Shown: in pieces, positions 1-8,421 of the stretch
Layout: each line of letters begins with the position of its first letter
How positions within the stretch are numbered: the stretch's first letter is position 1
IMG/VR virus record: IMGVR_UViG_3300027726_000013
Coordinates: 1 to 25,008 of that record
DNA length: 25,008 nt
From: a virus
Lineage: Duplodnaviria > Caudoviricetes
Direction: 5' to 3' (one strand)
Program-made: the position numbers and the translations under genes
The notes under the pieces: model-generated
Databases searched by the model: none
Seen by the model: only the letters and a program-made list of their open reading frames with translations
Told to the model about the DNA's origin: nothing

Positions 1-1535
1 AAATTCGTAGCAACATATGTAGTAGCAAAAACATTACTACCGACTTTATTAAACGCCAGTGTATTACCACTACCACCGCCAGCCCTTGATACTTCTGTCT
101 CATAAGCCCAACTATCAGCAGGAGTATTGCTGATAATCCCAGAAGAAGTGACATTATGAGTTATAACAGCATAACTGCCAGTTGAACTAGCACTAAGATA
201 ATTTATGGCAACAGTGTTACTATCAACCATACAAAGACGAGGATAATTACCATAGGTCTCATCAAACTCCTCAATATCCAACCGAGTGTTATTAATCATA
301 CCATCATAATCAATCCACCAGGTCTCAATATAACCATCATTCGTGGTTGTCTGCGAATAAGCAACCATATAAACATTATCAGTGACAGCTATAAAATCTA
401 TCTCAGCAAAATAACTACATATAATATCATATGTACACTGCTGACTATCAATAACACCCTGTTTTATAGTACCATTATTATCCCACACCTGCAAAGTAAC
501 CAAAGTTGTTTTAGCACTACCTGTATCATAATAATAAACCACATATTTATCAGTACCAGGAATATGAAGAACACAAGCATTAGAACCATCAGAGCCATCA
601 TATTCATATCTACTTATAACCCCTGCATTAATAATATTACCATTATCGCTGTCAACCTGAATGACAGTAGCCCAACCATCACCATCACCACCACCTGTAC
701 CATCACCATCACCAGATGCAACAGTAAGATAATATTCACTGTTATTAACACGAACCAAACCCTTTAAACCAACTGTCCTACCCTCAGATTGGTCCCATTC
801 CCATGTTTCAATAACAGCAGCGGGAATCACACCATAAACAGGGTCAACAACAAACTCCTTGCCGACACCTATCTTATTCACACTTTGTATCCTGAACCAG
901 AAAAAGTTGTTTGTAACACCCCTGTCATACCAAACCTTGCCTGATTGTATAAGCGGTTTAATATCTGACCAGTTGAACAATATAGTATAATCCATCGTAT
1001 TATTAGCAGGTATAGTGAGGGTCCACACATAACCATTTATCTCAGCATACTGCTTCAATGATTTATCACATGCCAGGTCAAAACGATAATACAAAGCCTG
1101 CGGTGCACCCGTGGTGTTCAACGTGAGCGTGACCTTATAACTACAATCAATATCGTTCCAATCCAAACCGATTTTTAACAACTCATTTGCATCATACCAC
1201 GTATTATTATTCGGACTTGCCTGTAGTCGCCATTTCATATTGTCCTTAAGAAACTGTTTAGCATATGTCTTGTTTATCTCCCAATGCGGCATACCACCAT
1301 AGCTGTTTCCTAGATGCCATATGAATGCAGCAGGGTCAATAAATGGTGGTTGTTCATCACCTAGACTAAGGATATATCCTGTGCCCGCTGATGCCAGTAG
1401 TATTGAAACACCGATTCCAATTGCCTTCTTTTTGTTTCGCCTAACCCAATTCATGAGCCGGTCACGGAAAAAAAACAATACTGTGAGCACAACAAAGAAA
1501 ATTATTGCCAATGCCACAGAAATTATCATATCCAT
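1..1535 (-). CDS. Large membrane-anchored surface/adhesin-like protein with ~50-aa beta-propeller-like repeats (partial, runs off left edge; >511 aa)
   Basis: Not in ORF track because no stop lies in the window. Manual translation from ATG 1535 (MDMIISVALAIIFFVVLTVLFFF...KKAIGIGVSILLASAGTGYIL) stays open to base 1. Two N-terminal hydrophobic segments, repeats such as YEYDGSDGSNACVLHI / EEFDETYGNYPRLCMV, about 9 N-x-S/T sequons. Confidence 0.8.
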   Translation of the reverse strand, partial: MDMIISVALAIIFFVVLTVLFFFRDRLMNWVRRNKKKAIGIGVSILLASAGTGYILSLGDEQPPFIDPAAFIWHLGNSYGGMPHWEINKTYAKQFLKDNMKWRLQASPNNNTWYDANELLKIGLDWNDIDCSYKVTLTLNTTGAPQALYYRFDLACDKSLKQYAEINGYVWTLTIPANNTMDYTILFNWSDIKPLIQSGKVWYDRGVTNNFFWFRIQSVNKIGVGKEFVVDPVYGVIPAAVIETWEWDQSEGRTVGLKGLVRVNNSEYYLTVASGDGDGTGGGDGDGWATVIQVDSDNGNIINAGVISRYEYDGSDGSNACVLHIPGTDKYVVYYYDTGSAKTTLVTLQVWDNNGTIKQGVIDSQQCTYDIICSYFAEIDFIAVTDNVYMVAYSQTTTNDGYIETWWIDYDGMINNTRLDIEEFDETYGNYPRLCMVDSNTVAINYLSASSTGSYAVITHNVTSSGIISNTPADSWAYETEVSRAGGGSGNTLAFNKVGSNVFATTYVATN

Positions 1536-1541
1536 CTGTTT

Positions 1542-3617
1542 TTACCATCCTATAAACGAATACGCTAGGTTTACAAACGAGTTGTTATGAAGTGTTATAG
1601 TCCCTGCCTTGTTCACTATAATCCAGCACATACTATGCTTACCTGCATCAGTACCATCCATTGACACGTCGTTGATTTCAATTAAACTCTCATTTGATAC
1701 ACTTGTTATATTAATGTGATATTCTACTGTGCAGTTCTGTATCGTAAAATTCTTTGTCGTACTGTAAACCGTCAGATTTTGTATAGTCCAGTTGCATATC
1801 ATATACGGGTCGCTAGTCGTACCGCTACCATATCTCACCCCATGTGCGTAATCAAAATCACTGTCAGATGGGATAACTAAATCATTAAAATCATTAATAT
1901 ACTCTTCTGCACCAATATCGAGGGATATACCATTATATGTTAAACTAACATTTTCTCCATCAACCCAGGTTATACTCCTATCTACTGTTATTGTGTTCGC
2001 AGTATAATCAACATCAGTTATCATAAGATTATAATCATTGTTAATACAGATAAGGTCACCACTTATCATCCCATAACCATCTGTAAAATAACTAGCATCA
2101 TCAAGAGTTATTGTTGTACCTGTACCACCACCAACAGTAAAGGTCAACCAGTCTCCAGCATCTATACAAGGGCTGGTATCATTCAACGAAAAATCATGAC
2201 CAACAGCATCTCCAAACTCAGGGTCATCCCTTAACTCTCCCGTGGTTTCAGCAAGAGCAACCCAGGCAGCCCAGTTATTATTAGAAGCATCATAATACCA
2301 CTGATTACCAACAGCACCAGCCTTATCCCAATACATATTATTAACATATACACTGTTTGTCTCAGAAGGAGAATTAGGGTTACTAGCACTATATCTAATC
2401 AATGAACTAGGAGCACTTGTATCAAGAGAAAGAAAAATATTATTTTTCACCACTATGTTTTTACTATAAGCTGAAAAGAAAATAAATGCATTACCAAGGC
2501 TATAATCATCTGCAACAAAATCATTATTATAAATACTCAAATTCTCATCATAATAACCATAATCTGAGTATGTTAGTATGGAATATTTATACGTATTATA
2601 TATAGCACTATTTCTAATGATTAATTCATTTATTCCGTCTCCAGGTGCTATCCCAAAATTACCACTATCATTATATGATAAAAAACCATCGATAGTCACA
2701 TTGCTGATACAACCACCTAGATCAACACCACCAAGAGTGTTATGATGTGACACACAATCTTTCATATATATATTCCCAGAAGGTACAGCTGTTCCTCTTT
2801 CCCCATAAAAATCATATCCCTGCTCAGAATTACCATAACTAAGGCAACCTTTAACAAGGAAATTCTGACCATAATGAGTACCTGCACCATCACCACTATG
2901 TATAATGATACCATCTGAAGTTGTCACAAGACCACAATTATATGTCGTGCAATTCAATATCCTGCCATTATTTATCGGATTAATAGCAGAACCATAAAAA
3001 ACAATCCCCCCTGTGTGTATATCATGTACAGTACAATTCTCAACAGTTATATTAGAACACTGGTCAAAATACATCCCATTATCACCATTATAAGATACAG
3101 TCACATTAAAAACATAAATATCAGAGTTATTAAAGTTCTCACACCTTATCCCATAACCAGCCTGGTAAATAAAAACCAAGTTCTCTATCCTAACATAAGA
3201 AACCTTCTCCACAGCAAGGCTAACACCATAATAAGAGACATTATCACCATCAATAACAGGAGCATCACCACTACCATACGCACCAATAATCATCCAATTA
3301 CTAACTGTACCTCCCTTCCTAACATACAAATAATGCCAATCAGTAGCAGTCCAAGTATCACCACGCTTAAAAAGAACGTCATCACCAACCTGTATAGTAC
3401 CATCACCCATAGCAGTAGTCACTTTACCAATGGTCTTCCAAGCATGAGCATCATCACCAGCAAGACCCGTATTACCATCATTACCAGTATTAGAAACATA
3501 ATAAACAGTGTTAACAGCCCTGACACGCTGAACAAACAATGGTGTGACAAAGATTAACGAAAACAACAATATGAAAAAAACCAGAATAGCGTTAAACCGT
3601 GTCCTAACATCAACCAT
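1542..3617 (-). CDS. Secreted or membrane-anchored right-handed parallel beta-helix (pectin-lyase-like) protein, putative adhesin/depolymerase
   Basis: Signal peptide ending VRA; YYVSNTGND, AWKTIGKV, GDDVLFKRGDTW, GAYGSGDAPVIDG, many NxTV/GI beta-helix repeats, SPCIDAG and DIGAEEY motifs; RBS GAGGAGAAGAGGGG. Confidence 0.85.
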   Translation of the reverse strand: MVDVRTRFNAILVFFILLFSLIFVTPLFVQRVRAVNTVYYVSNTGNDGNTGLAGDDAHAWKTIGKVTTAMGDGTIQVGDDVLFKRGDTWTATDWHYLYVRKGGTVSNWMIIGAYGSGDAPVIDGDNVSYYGVSLAVEKVSYVRIENLVFIYQAGYGIRCENFNNSDIYVFNVTVSYNGDNGMYFDQCSNITVENCTVHDIHTGGIVFYGSAINPINNGRILNCTTYNCGLVTTSDGIIIHSGDGAGTHYGQNFLVKGCLSYGNSEQGYDFYGERGTAVPSGNIYMKDCVSHHNTLGGVDLGGCISNVTIDGFLSYNDSGNFGIAPGDGINELIIRNSAIYNTYKYSILTYSDYGYYDENLSIYNNDFVADDYSLGNAFIFFSAYSKNIVVKNNIFLSLDTSAPSSLIRYSASNPNSPSETNSVYVNNMYWDKAGAVGNQWYYDASNNNWAAWVALAETTGELRDDPEFGDAVGHDFSLNDTSPCIDAGDWLTFTVGGGTGTTITLDDASYFTDGYGMISGDLICINNDYNLMITDVDYTANTITVDRSITWVDGENVSLTYNGISLDIGAEEYINDFNDLVIPSDSDFDYAHGVRYGSGTTSDPYMICNWTIQNLTVYSTTKNFTIQNCTVEYHINITSVSNESLIEINDVSMDGTDAGKHSMCWIIVNKAGTITLHNNSFVNLAYSFIGW

Positions 3618-3662
3618 GTATTACTTCCCCTCTTCTCCTCATAAATTTTTTTTAAAAAAAAC

Positions 3663-4610
3663 CTATTTCAAAAACACTTTAAGCTCCGCCTCATCCTCAG
3701 GCAGAAAAACATGACAGTCATTATACTTCTGAATCCAGTCGTCGCTGACAGGAAACTTCCACTTAAAAAAATTATACAAAGATATCTTCTTTTTCTCAGT
3801 ATCTAACAACAAAGATTTTGTGATATAAATAGAAACAACATTATCCCAGTCATATGAGTTGATAAGAATCTCAGATGGTATATATGATGGGAAACATTTG
3901 AAACGTGGGTTACAATTCAGGTTAGGGTTGCGCGTATGATCCTTCAGGATTGTATCCTCTGGTCTGAAAAGCTTGTTGATATAATCAAATATCTCTGTCT
4001 GGTTTTCGCAGAGTGTAGAAAAATCGTTCAATAGCACAAGGTTTTTTTTGCCTTTGAGCAACTCCTTGTATTTATCCGGCATCCTTATCTTTGGTTCTTT
4101 CTGCTTATATATCATGTAATCATATTTTTTTATTGTCTTCTCTTTCAGATACCACATTGGTCTGCCTAGTAGTATTGTGACGCCAGCGTCTATGCCCAGT
4201 AGGTATCCTATTATTTTGAGTGGTATGTAGTATTTTGTGAAACGTGGTTTCGACCTGAAAAACTTAAAATCCTTGTTTGGTACTGCTAATTGTATCTTGT
4301 TATGTCTAGCCAGTTTCTTCATGTAATAAAAAAATGTTATTGTTGTCAGACCACCGAATAAAACTATGTTGTCGTTTTTTATGTGTCTGAAATATTTTTT
4401 GTATTCTTTTTTAGCCGATAAAATGTTTCTCAGGAAACCGTGTTTGTCGTACATGCTCGGTCTTGTTTTTAGGCGTATCACGTTTGCTTCTGAGAAGTTC
4501 TCAAAAAAATCGTTTATGGAGTTGTTACTGCCTATGATGGTATCACCTTTTCTAATATGTGGTATGATGTACCGCCAACCCCCACCCCCATCCAGAAAAT
4601 AATATGTCAT
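3663..4610 (-). CDS. Putative glycosyltransferase, sialyl/polysialyltransferase-like GT-B fold
   Basis: C-terminal ILKDHTRNP...YIPSEIL...VVSIYITKSL resembles the KxHPR / iPaE / S-S/T-L motifs of CMP-sugar transferases; Lys/Phe/Tyr-rich. Confidence 0.55.
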   Translation of the reverse strand: MTYYFLDGGGGWRYIIPHIRKGDTIIGSNNSINDFFENFSEANVIRLKTRPSMYDKHGFLRNILSAKKEYKKYFRHIKNDNIVLFGGLTTITFFYYMKKLARHNKIQLAVPNKDFKFFRSKPRFTKYYIPLKIIGYLLGIDAGVTILLGRPMWYLKEKTIKKYDYMIYKQKEPKIRMPDKYKELLKGKKNLVLLNDFSTLCENQTEIFDYINKLFRPEDTILKDHTRNPNLNCNPRFKCFPSYIPSEILINSYDWDNVVSIYITKSLLLDTEKKKISLYNFFKWKFPVSDDWIQKYNDCHVFLPEDEAELKVFLK

Positions 4611-4615
4611 TTTTT

Positions 4616-5053
4616 TTATTCTTCCTGCGTTATACTCCCATCTTCTTTAACCCAGAAACCTTCCACGTTGTTGTTTTTCAGGTTTTTAAAAAGAGCATAT
4701 TTGACTTCCATCCCGTCATGTCCTATGAAAGATGCTGTGTTACGCCAGACGGGGTGTATCCTTAATCGCTCCCCTTCAACCAATGATATGTTTATTGTGT
4801 GTATCTGCTGTGAAAACGGTAAGACTAATATTTCGTTGAACATGTCTTGTACACGTTCTATCATTGTGAGACTCACTGGATACCAACTGAATTTAGTGAC
4901 AAACTCAACTGGTAAATCCCTGACATGGTTATGTTTCAGGTTATCGAAATCATACTCAGGGATGACACTACCATCAACTAGTGTGGCAATCCAAAAATAA
5001 CAATGATGAGGAGTGTTGCCCTCCTCACCCATATTTATTTTAGCTTTCGTCAT
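4616..5053 (-). CDS. Hypothetical protein in tail region
   Basis: 145-aa ORF overlapping the upstream gene; YFWIATLVDGSVIPEYD. Confidence 0.75.
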   Translation of the reverse strand: MTKAKINMGEEGNTPHHCYFWIATLVDGSVIPEYDFDNLKHNHVRDLPVEFVTKFSWYPVSLTMIERVQDMFNEILVLPFSQQIHTINISLVEGERLRIHPVWRNTASFIGHDGMEVKYALFKNLKNNNVEGFWVKEDGSITQEE

Positions 5054-5615
5054 ACTGAATATATGCGGTTAAAGCACCAAGTGCCCCGAAAGTAGCATCT
5101 GTGTCAACATGTATCTGCAGTGTGAAAAAGTTTGTGCTGCCCGTACTGGTTATCGGGTGGTTATCGTATTGTGTTGCTGTTGTCGGCGCATTTGCTACGC
5201 TATCTATGCCTGTATGTCCTGCGTTTAGTTCCTGTCCTGCCCATCCGTTGCTATCGGTTTGTCCAAGTGACTGTTCATAATCCGCTATCTTGAGTCCATA
5301 GGTTGTACCGCTTTTCCCTGCTTTCACTGCTCCGCTGCTACCGAGTTTAGTGACCCATCCGGCATAACTAGCTAAGTAGAACTTCCAGTTGTCAAGTGTG
5401 TTAGCTGATGCGTTCGCTGTGACCTCTGCGCAATATGTCTTCCAGTAACTATAATTCACACCCGCTGCTGGTATAGGTATCTTATAGCTTGGTGTACTGT
5501 TACCATGTGCGTCACTGACTCTAAAGTAGCTTGTCGCTGTACTACCACAGGTAGTATATGTTTGACTACCTGCTGCTCCGTTGAGTTCTTTTACTACTAC
5601 TGTTGCTGCTGCCAT
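5040..5615 (-). CDS. Putative virion structural protein (beta-rich, tail-associated)
   Basis: Ala/Thr/Gly-rich 191 aa, IPIPAAGVNYSYWK, ends YDES; RBS GAGGT; directly after tail tube gene. Confidence 0.65.
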   Translation of the reverse strand: MAAATVVVKELNGAAGSQTYTTCGSTATSYFRVSDAHGNSTPSYKIPIPAAGVNYSYWKTYCAEVTANASANTLDNWKFYLASYAGWVTKLGSSGAVKAGKSGTTYGLKIADYEQSLGQTDSNGWAGQELNAGHTGIDSVANAPTTATQYDNHPITSTGSTNFFTLQIHVDTDATFGALGALTAYIQYDES

Positions 5616-5624
5616 GATTTAACC

Positions 5625-6557
5625 TCAACTATACTCTGCTAGTGTTACACTCTCAGCTATCCAACCAACTCCACTAGTAACATATCCGTCTTCAGCATTG
5701 AAATTCACTGGTAGATTAGTATATGCTGCGTTAGCGAATGTGAACTTCATACTCTTGTTGCCGCTTGTCGTACTTGTGCCTGTGTTGAACACTATAGATG
5801 CTTCTGTCGGCGATGCATCCTCACCTGCGCCTGTCATCTCCTCCCAGTCGGTTTTACCACCGCTGCTGAGTATGACATTTACCGTGCCGCTGAGATTCTG
5901 TAATCCCTCATAGTAACTATGATACCTTGAGAGACCTATGTTTGGTACGCCAGTTGGGTTGTTGTTTATGGTTATTGTGAAACCGCTTACACCCTCATCG
6001 AAACCACCGGCACGTGTAATGGATGCACCTTGGAATGTCTCGAAGGTGTTGCCCCATGCTGTGCTGTCTGTGAGACTGGGATAATTTCCTATCTCGCATG
6101 CTACACTCGCTACGCTGACATTAACTGTTGCGTGAAGTCGTCCGCCTGGTGTCACACTGAGATTCCAGCTGTCAACGACACATCCTTTGCAGACATATGT
6201 GGCATCGCTCTTAGTATGTACGTAGAAAGTCAATGGTGTTAATAGTCCGCTTGATCTCGTAAGAGCATAATACTGCATACTCTTTGTGAGAGTATTGCAC
6301 TTTTTTGGGCTGGTGTTTTCTATGCGCTGGATATCATACTCGAAACTCAGTTTATAGTCCTTGAGACCATATGTCGTATCCTGTCCATCGTAGTCGCCAA
6401 TGGTATAGACTATGCCGGCGTTGTTACTACCTGAGAGGTTCACGTTGCTTACTGCATCACTGGGTGTCTGAAGAGTACCGCTGCTGACTGGAGTACCACG
6501 TGTCGATTCCGCTATATACTCTAGTTTCATTCCCGTGTTTTTTGTTGTTATCGTCAT
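5625..6557 (-). CDS. Major tail tube protein (putative)
   Basis: YIAESTRGTP N-terminus, GCVVDSWNLSV, FTITINNN, GLQNLSGTVNV are typical of siphovirus tail-tube proteins; position after neck genes; RBS GGTGA. Confidence 0.75.
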   Translation of the reverse strand: MTITTKNTGMKLEYIAESTRGTPVSSGTLQTPSDAVSNVNLSGSNNAGIVYTIGDYDGQDTTYGLKDYKLSFEYDIQRIENTSPKKCNTLTKSMQYYALTRSSGLLTPLTFYVHTKSDATYVCKGCVVDSWNLSVTPGGRLHATVNVSVASVACEIGNYPSLTDSTAWGNTFETFQGASITRAGGFDEGVSGFTITINNNPTGVPNIGLSRYHSYYEGLQNLSGTVNVILSSGGKTDWEEMTGAGEDASPTEASIVFNTGTSTTSGNKSMKFTFANAAYTNLPVNFNAEDGYVTSGVGWIAESVTLAEYS

Positions 6558-6579
6558 CTTATATCACATCACCCTAAGA

Positions 6580-6798
6580 TTAATTCCATATTTTTGTAAA
6601 CAAAGGTATGTAATATGTCGTACCTGCGCTATCCGCTGTCTCAAGCACCGCGTTACAATTAAGACGGGTGTTAGCTGCTGTTAAAACTTTTTTGTTGCCT
6701 ACTACTGTTCCCGTACTGGTCGCCGTTGATTTAACAACTCCACTCACATACTTTGTTTTAATATGTGTATAATACAAATCTGTCCCTGGTAAACTCAT
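6580..6798 (-). CDS. Small putative structural protein
   Basis: 72 aa, RBS AGGAGG, ends GTTYYIPLF. Confidence 0.7.
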   Translation of the reverse strand: MSLPGTDLYYTHIKTKYVSGVVKSTATSTGTVVGNKKVLTAANTRLNCNAVLETADSAGTTYYIPLFTKIWN

Positions 6799-6834
6799 AA
6801 ATTTCTTTTTCCTCCTATGTTTTTTAGTTCATTA

Positions 6835-6878
6835 AAACAACTCATGTAACCATCTTGTGGCTACGTTCATGGTTGTTT
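6835..6878 (-). other. Intergenic RNA hairpin with consensus kink-turn
   Basis: AAACAAC-CAU-GA-AC-GUAGCCA-CAAGA-UGGUUAC-AU-GA-GUUGUUU: 7-bp C-stem, 3-nt bulge, tandem G.A/A.G, 7-bp apical stem. Confidence 0.6.
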
Positions 6879-6918
6879 ATCCTCGAACATAAAAAAACTA
6901 ATGAACCCTAAAATTTTT

Positions 6919-7383
6919 TTAGTTCGCTTTCTTACAGACTACTTCAACTACCCGTCTGTAAACATTCGGGTTTTCTGCATCCAGGCTCACTGGAATAGCA
7001 TGTACCTCGGCTGTATCCCATGTTTTCCCGCTTGCACTCGCATTTGTCCGTATCGTAGTCTCAAAGGTATGTAGAATATTGTTTATGTATGTCGAATGTA
7101 TGCCTTTTAGCCATTTGTCGTTCACTGGTATTATCAGGTCGCAGTCCACTACAACCTCATGTTCAGTAGTGCTGAAACCAATGTCCATTGTCGCGAGGTA
7201 GCTGCGGGGTGGCTTAAACCACATGATGCCCACGTATTTATCGCCGTAGTCGTTTGGTTCTTTCTCTTCGTTGCCCTCATAGCTGAGTAGTTTTACGTAC
7301 GCTGTTGTCGTACTGTACCTGCTGGCTGCGCCTATCCTGCTGTTGGTGAAAAGCCCTATAAGGTCGTCACGTGGATCAAACAT
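6919..7383 (-). CDS. Putative tail terminator / tail completion protein
   Basis: 154 aa between head-tail adaptor and tail tube; C-terminal VYRRVVEV strand typical of this class. Confidence 0.6.
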   Translation of the reverse strand: MFDPRDDLIGLFTNSRIGAASRYSTTTAYVKLLSYEGNEEKEPNDYGDKYVGIMWFKPPRSYLATMDIGFSTTEHEVVVDCDLIIPVNDKWLKGIHSTYINNILHTFETTIRTNASASGKTWDTAEVHAIPVSLDAENPNVYRRVVEVVCKKAN

Positions 7384-7398
7384 AGTTTTTTAACTCTT

Positions 7399-7590
7399 TT
7401 ATTTTTTATACCAGACTGCCACACAGTTACCAGCGGTTGTACCGCCATAGCCCAGGAGATATTCTCTGCATCTTAATGCACATTTACTAGCTGCTCCTGC
7501 TGCCATCTCTGTGTTGACCTCTGCTATCGTGCCACTAGCTGATACTAAATACCCGCTATTCCATGCTGTGGATGATATACTAACTGCCAT
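7399..7590 (-). CDS. Small putative virion protein
   Basis: 63 aa, Ala/Ser/Gly-rich, in operon context. Confidence 0.7.
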   Translation of the reverse strand: MAVSISSTAWNSGYLVSASGTIAEVNTEMAAGAASKCALRCREYLLGYGGTTAGNCVAVWYKK

Positions 7591-7599
7591 GTTTTATTT

Positions 7600-8217
7600 T
7601 CACACTCCTTTAATTGTACTGTTTTGAAGTTGACCTAGAAGAAGATAATAGTTATCCAGATATGTTGTCGGTGATTTGAGTATAAGACGCCAGTTATTCG
7701 TCAGGTCTACCTGACTGATACTTGTACCGCTTTTAAGCCTCATGTATACTAGATGCGCTGCCATGTATGCTGTGAGGTTCTCCAACTGTTTCTTTGTGAT
7801 ATTCCTATGACATGCATAGTACCGTACTATGACATCCTCTGCACTCTCCGGTATAGCACTAGTATTTGATTGTGTCAATGTGAGTATACCATATGTCGAG
7901 CTGCTGACTGTCACAACACAGTTTTTTGCCACATATGATGCACTTATCCACTGAGCGGTTACATCGTTGCTGTCCACCACGAAATCATAGTCACTATCCA
8001 CTATAGGATAGTAGCTTGTCTGAAAAGTCTTGTTAGTACCATCCCAGCTGTCACCAGTATCCGGGTTAGGGTTTACTGTCTCCTCGACATAATGATATAG
8101 TTCTTCTTTCACGTGTTCCTGTGCTATCCTGATGATTGATTCCATCTCACGGTCGTTTATCGAAGCCTCGTCGTCAAGCCCTAGTACGTCACGTACAAGT
8201 CGTGGTGTCGCCCACAT
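7600..8217 (-). CDS. Head-tail adaptor/connector protein (putative)
   Basis: MWATPRLVRDVLG...IIRIAQEHV N-terminus and LTAYMAAHL helix typical of HK97 gp6 / SPP1 gp15-like adaptors; downstream of MCP; RBS AAGGTGA. Confidence 0.7.
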   Translation of the reverse strand: MWATPRLVRDVLGLDDEASINDREMESIIRIAQEHVKEELYHYVEETVNPNPDTGDSWDGTNKTFQTSYYPIVDSDYDFVVDSNDVTAQWISASYVAKNCVVTVSSSTYGILTLTQSNTSAIPESAEDVIVRYYACHRNITKKQLENLTAYMAAHLVYMRLKSGTSISQVDLTNNWRLILKSPTTYLDNYYLLLGQLQNSTIKGV

Positions 8218-8218
8218 A

Positions 8219-8329
8219 CTAGCTCATCACCTTAAATGATTTCCAGTTTTTATCCTGCCTGTAATGTTGTATCAGTTCAGGGTCATCTGTTTCAAATAAC
8301 GTGCCTGTGTATTTCTGTTTAAACAACAT
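8219..8329 (-). CDS. Small hypothetical protein (36 aa)
   Basis: Manual translation MLFKQKYTGTLFETDDPELIQHYRQDKNWKSFKVMS*; RBS-like GGGGTTGA; fills gap after MCP. Confidence 0.65.
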   Translation of the reverse strand: MLFKQKYTGTLFETDDPELIQHYRQDKNWKSFKVMS

Positions 8330-8369
8330 ACTTAATCAACCCCATCCTATTCGTTATCCGTTCAACCCC

Positions 8370-8421
8370 CTTTTTTTTATAAAAAAAAGAGAAAAAAAAA
8401 GAGAGAAAAAAATATCCCTCT
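8370..8421 (-). terminator. Putative terminator after major capsid gene
   Basis: AGAGGGA...TTCTCT hairpin followed by T9, then CTC and T8 on minus strand; includes the 20-bp palindrome C-T8-AT-A8-G at 8370-8389. Confidence 0.6.

Noticed and set aside
6835-6878. SECIS-like reading of the AUGA/GA hairpin
   Set aside because: No in-frame UGA read-through candidate in the neighbouring genes; a plain k-turn is sufficient
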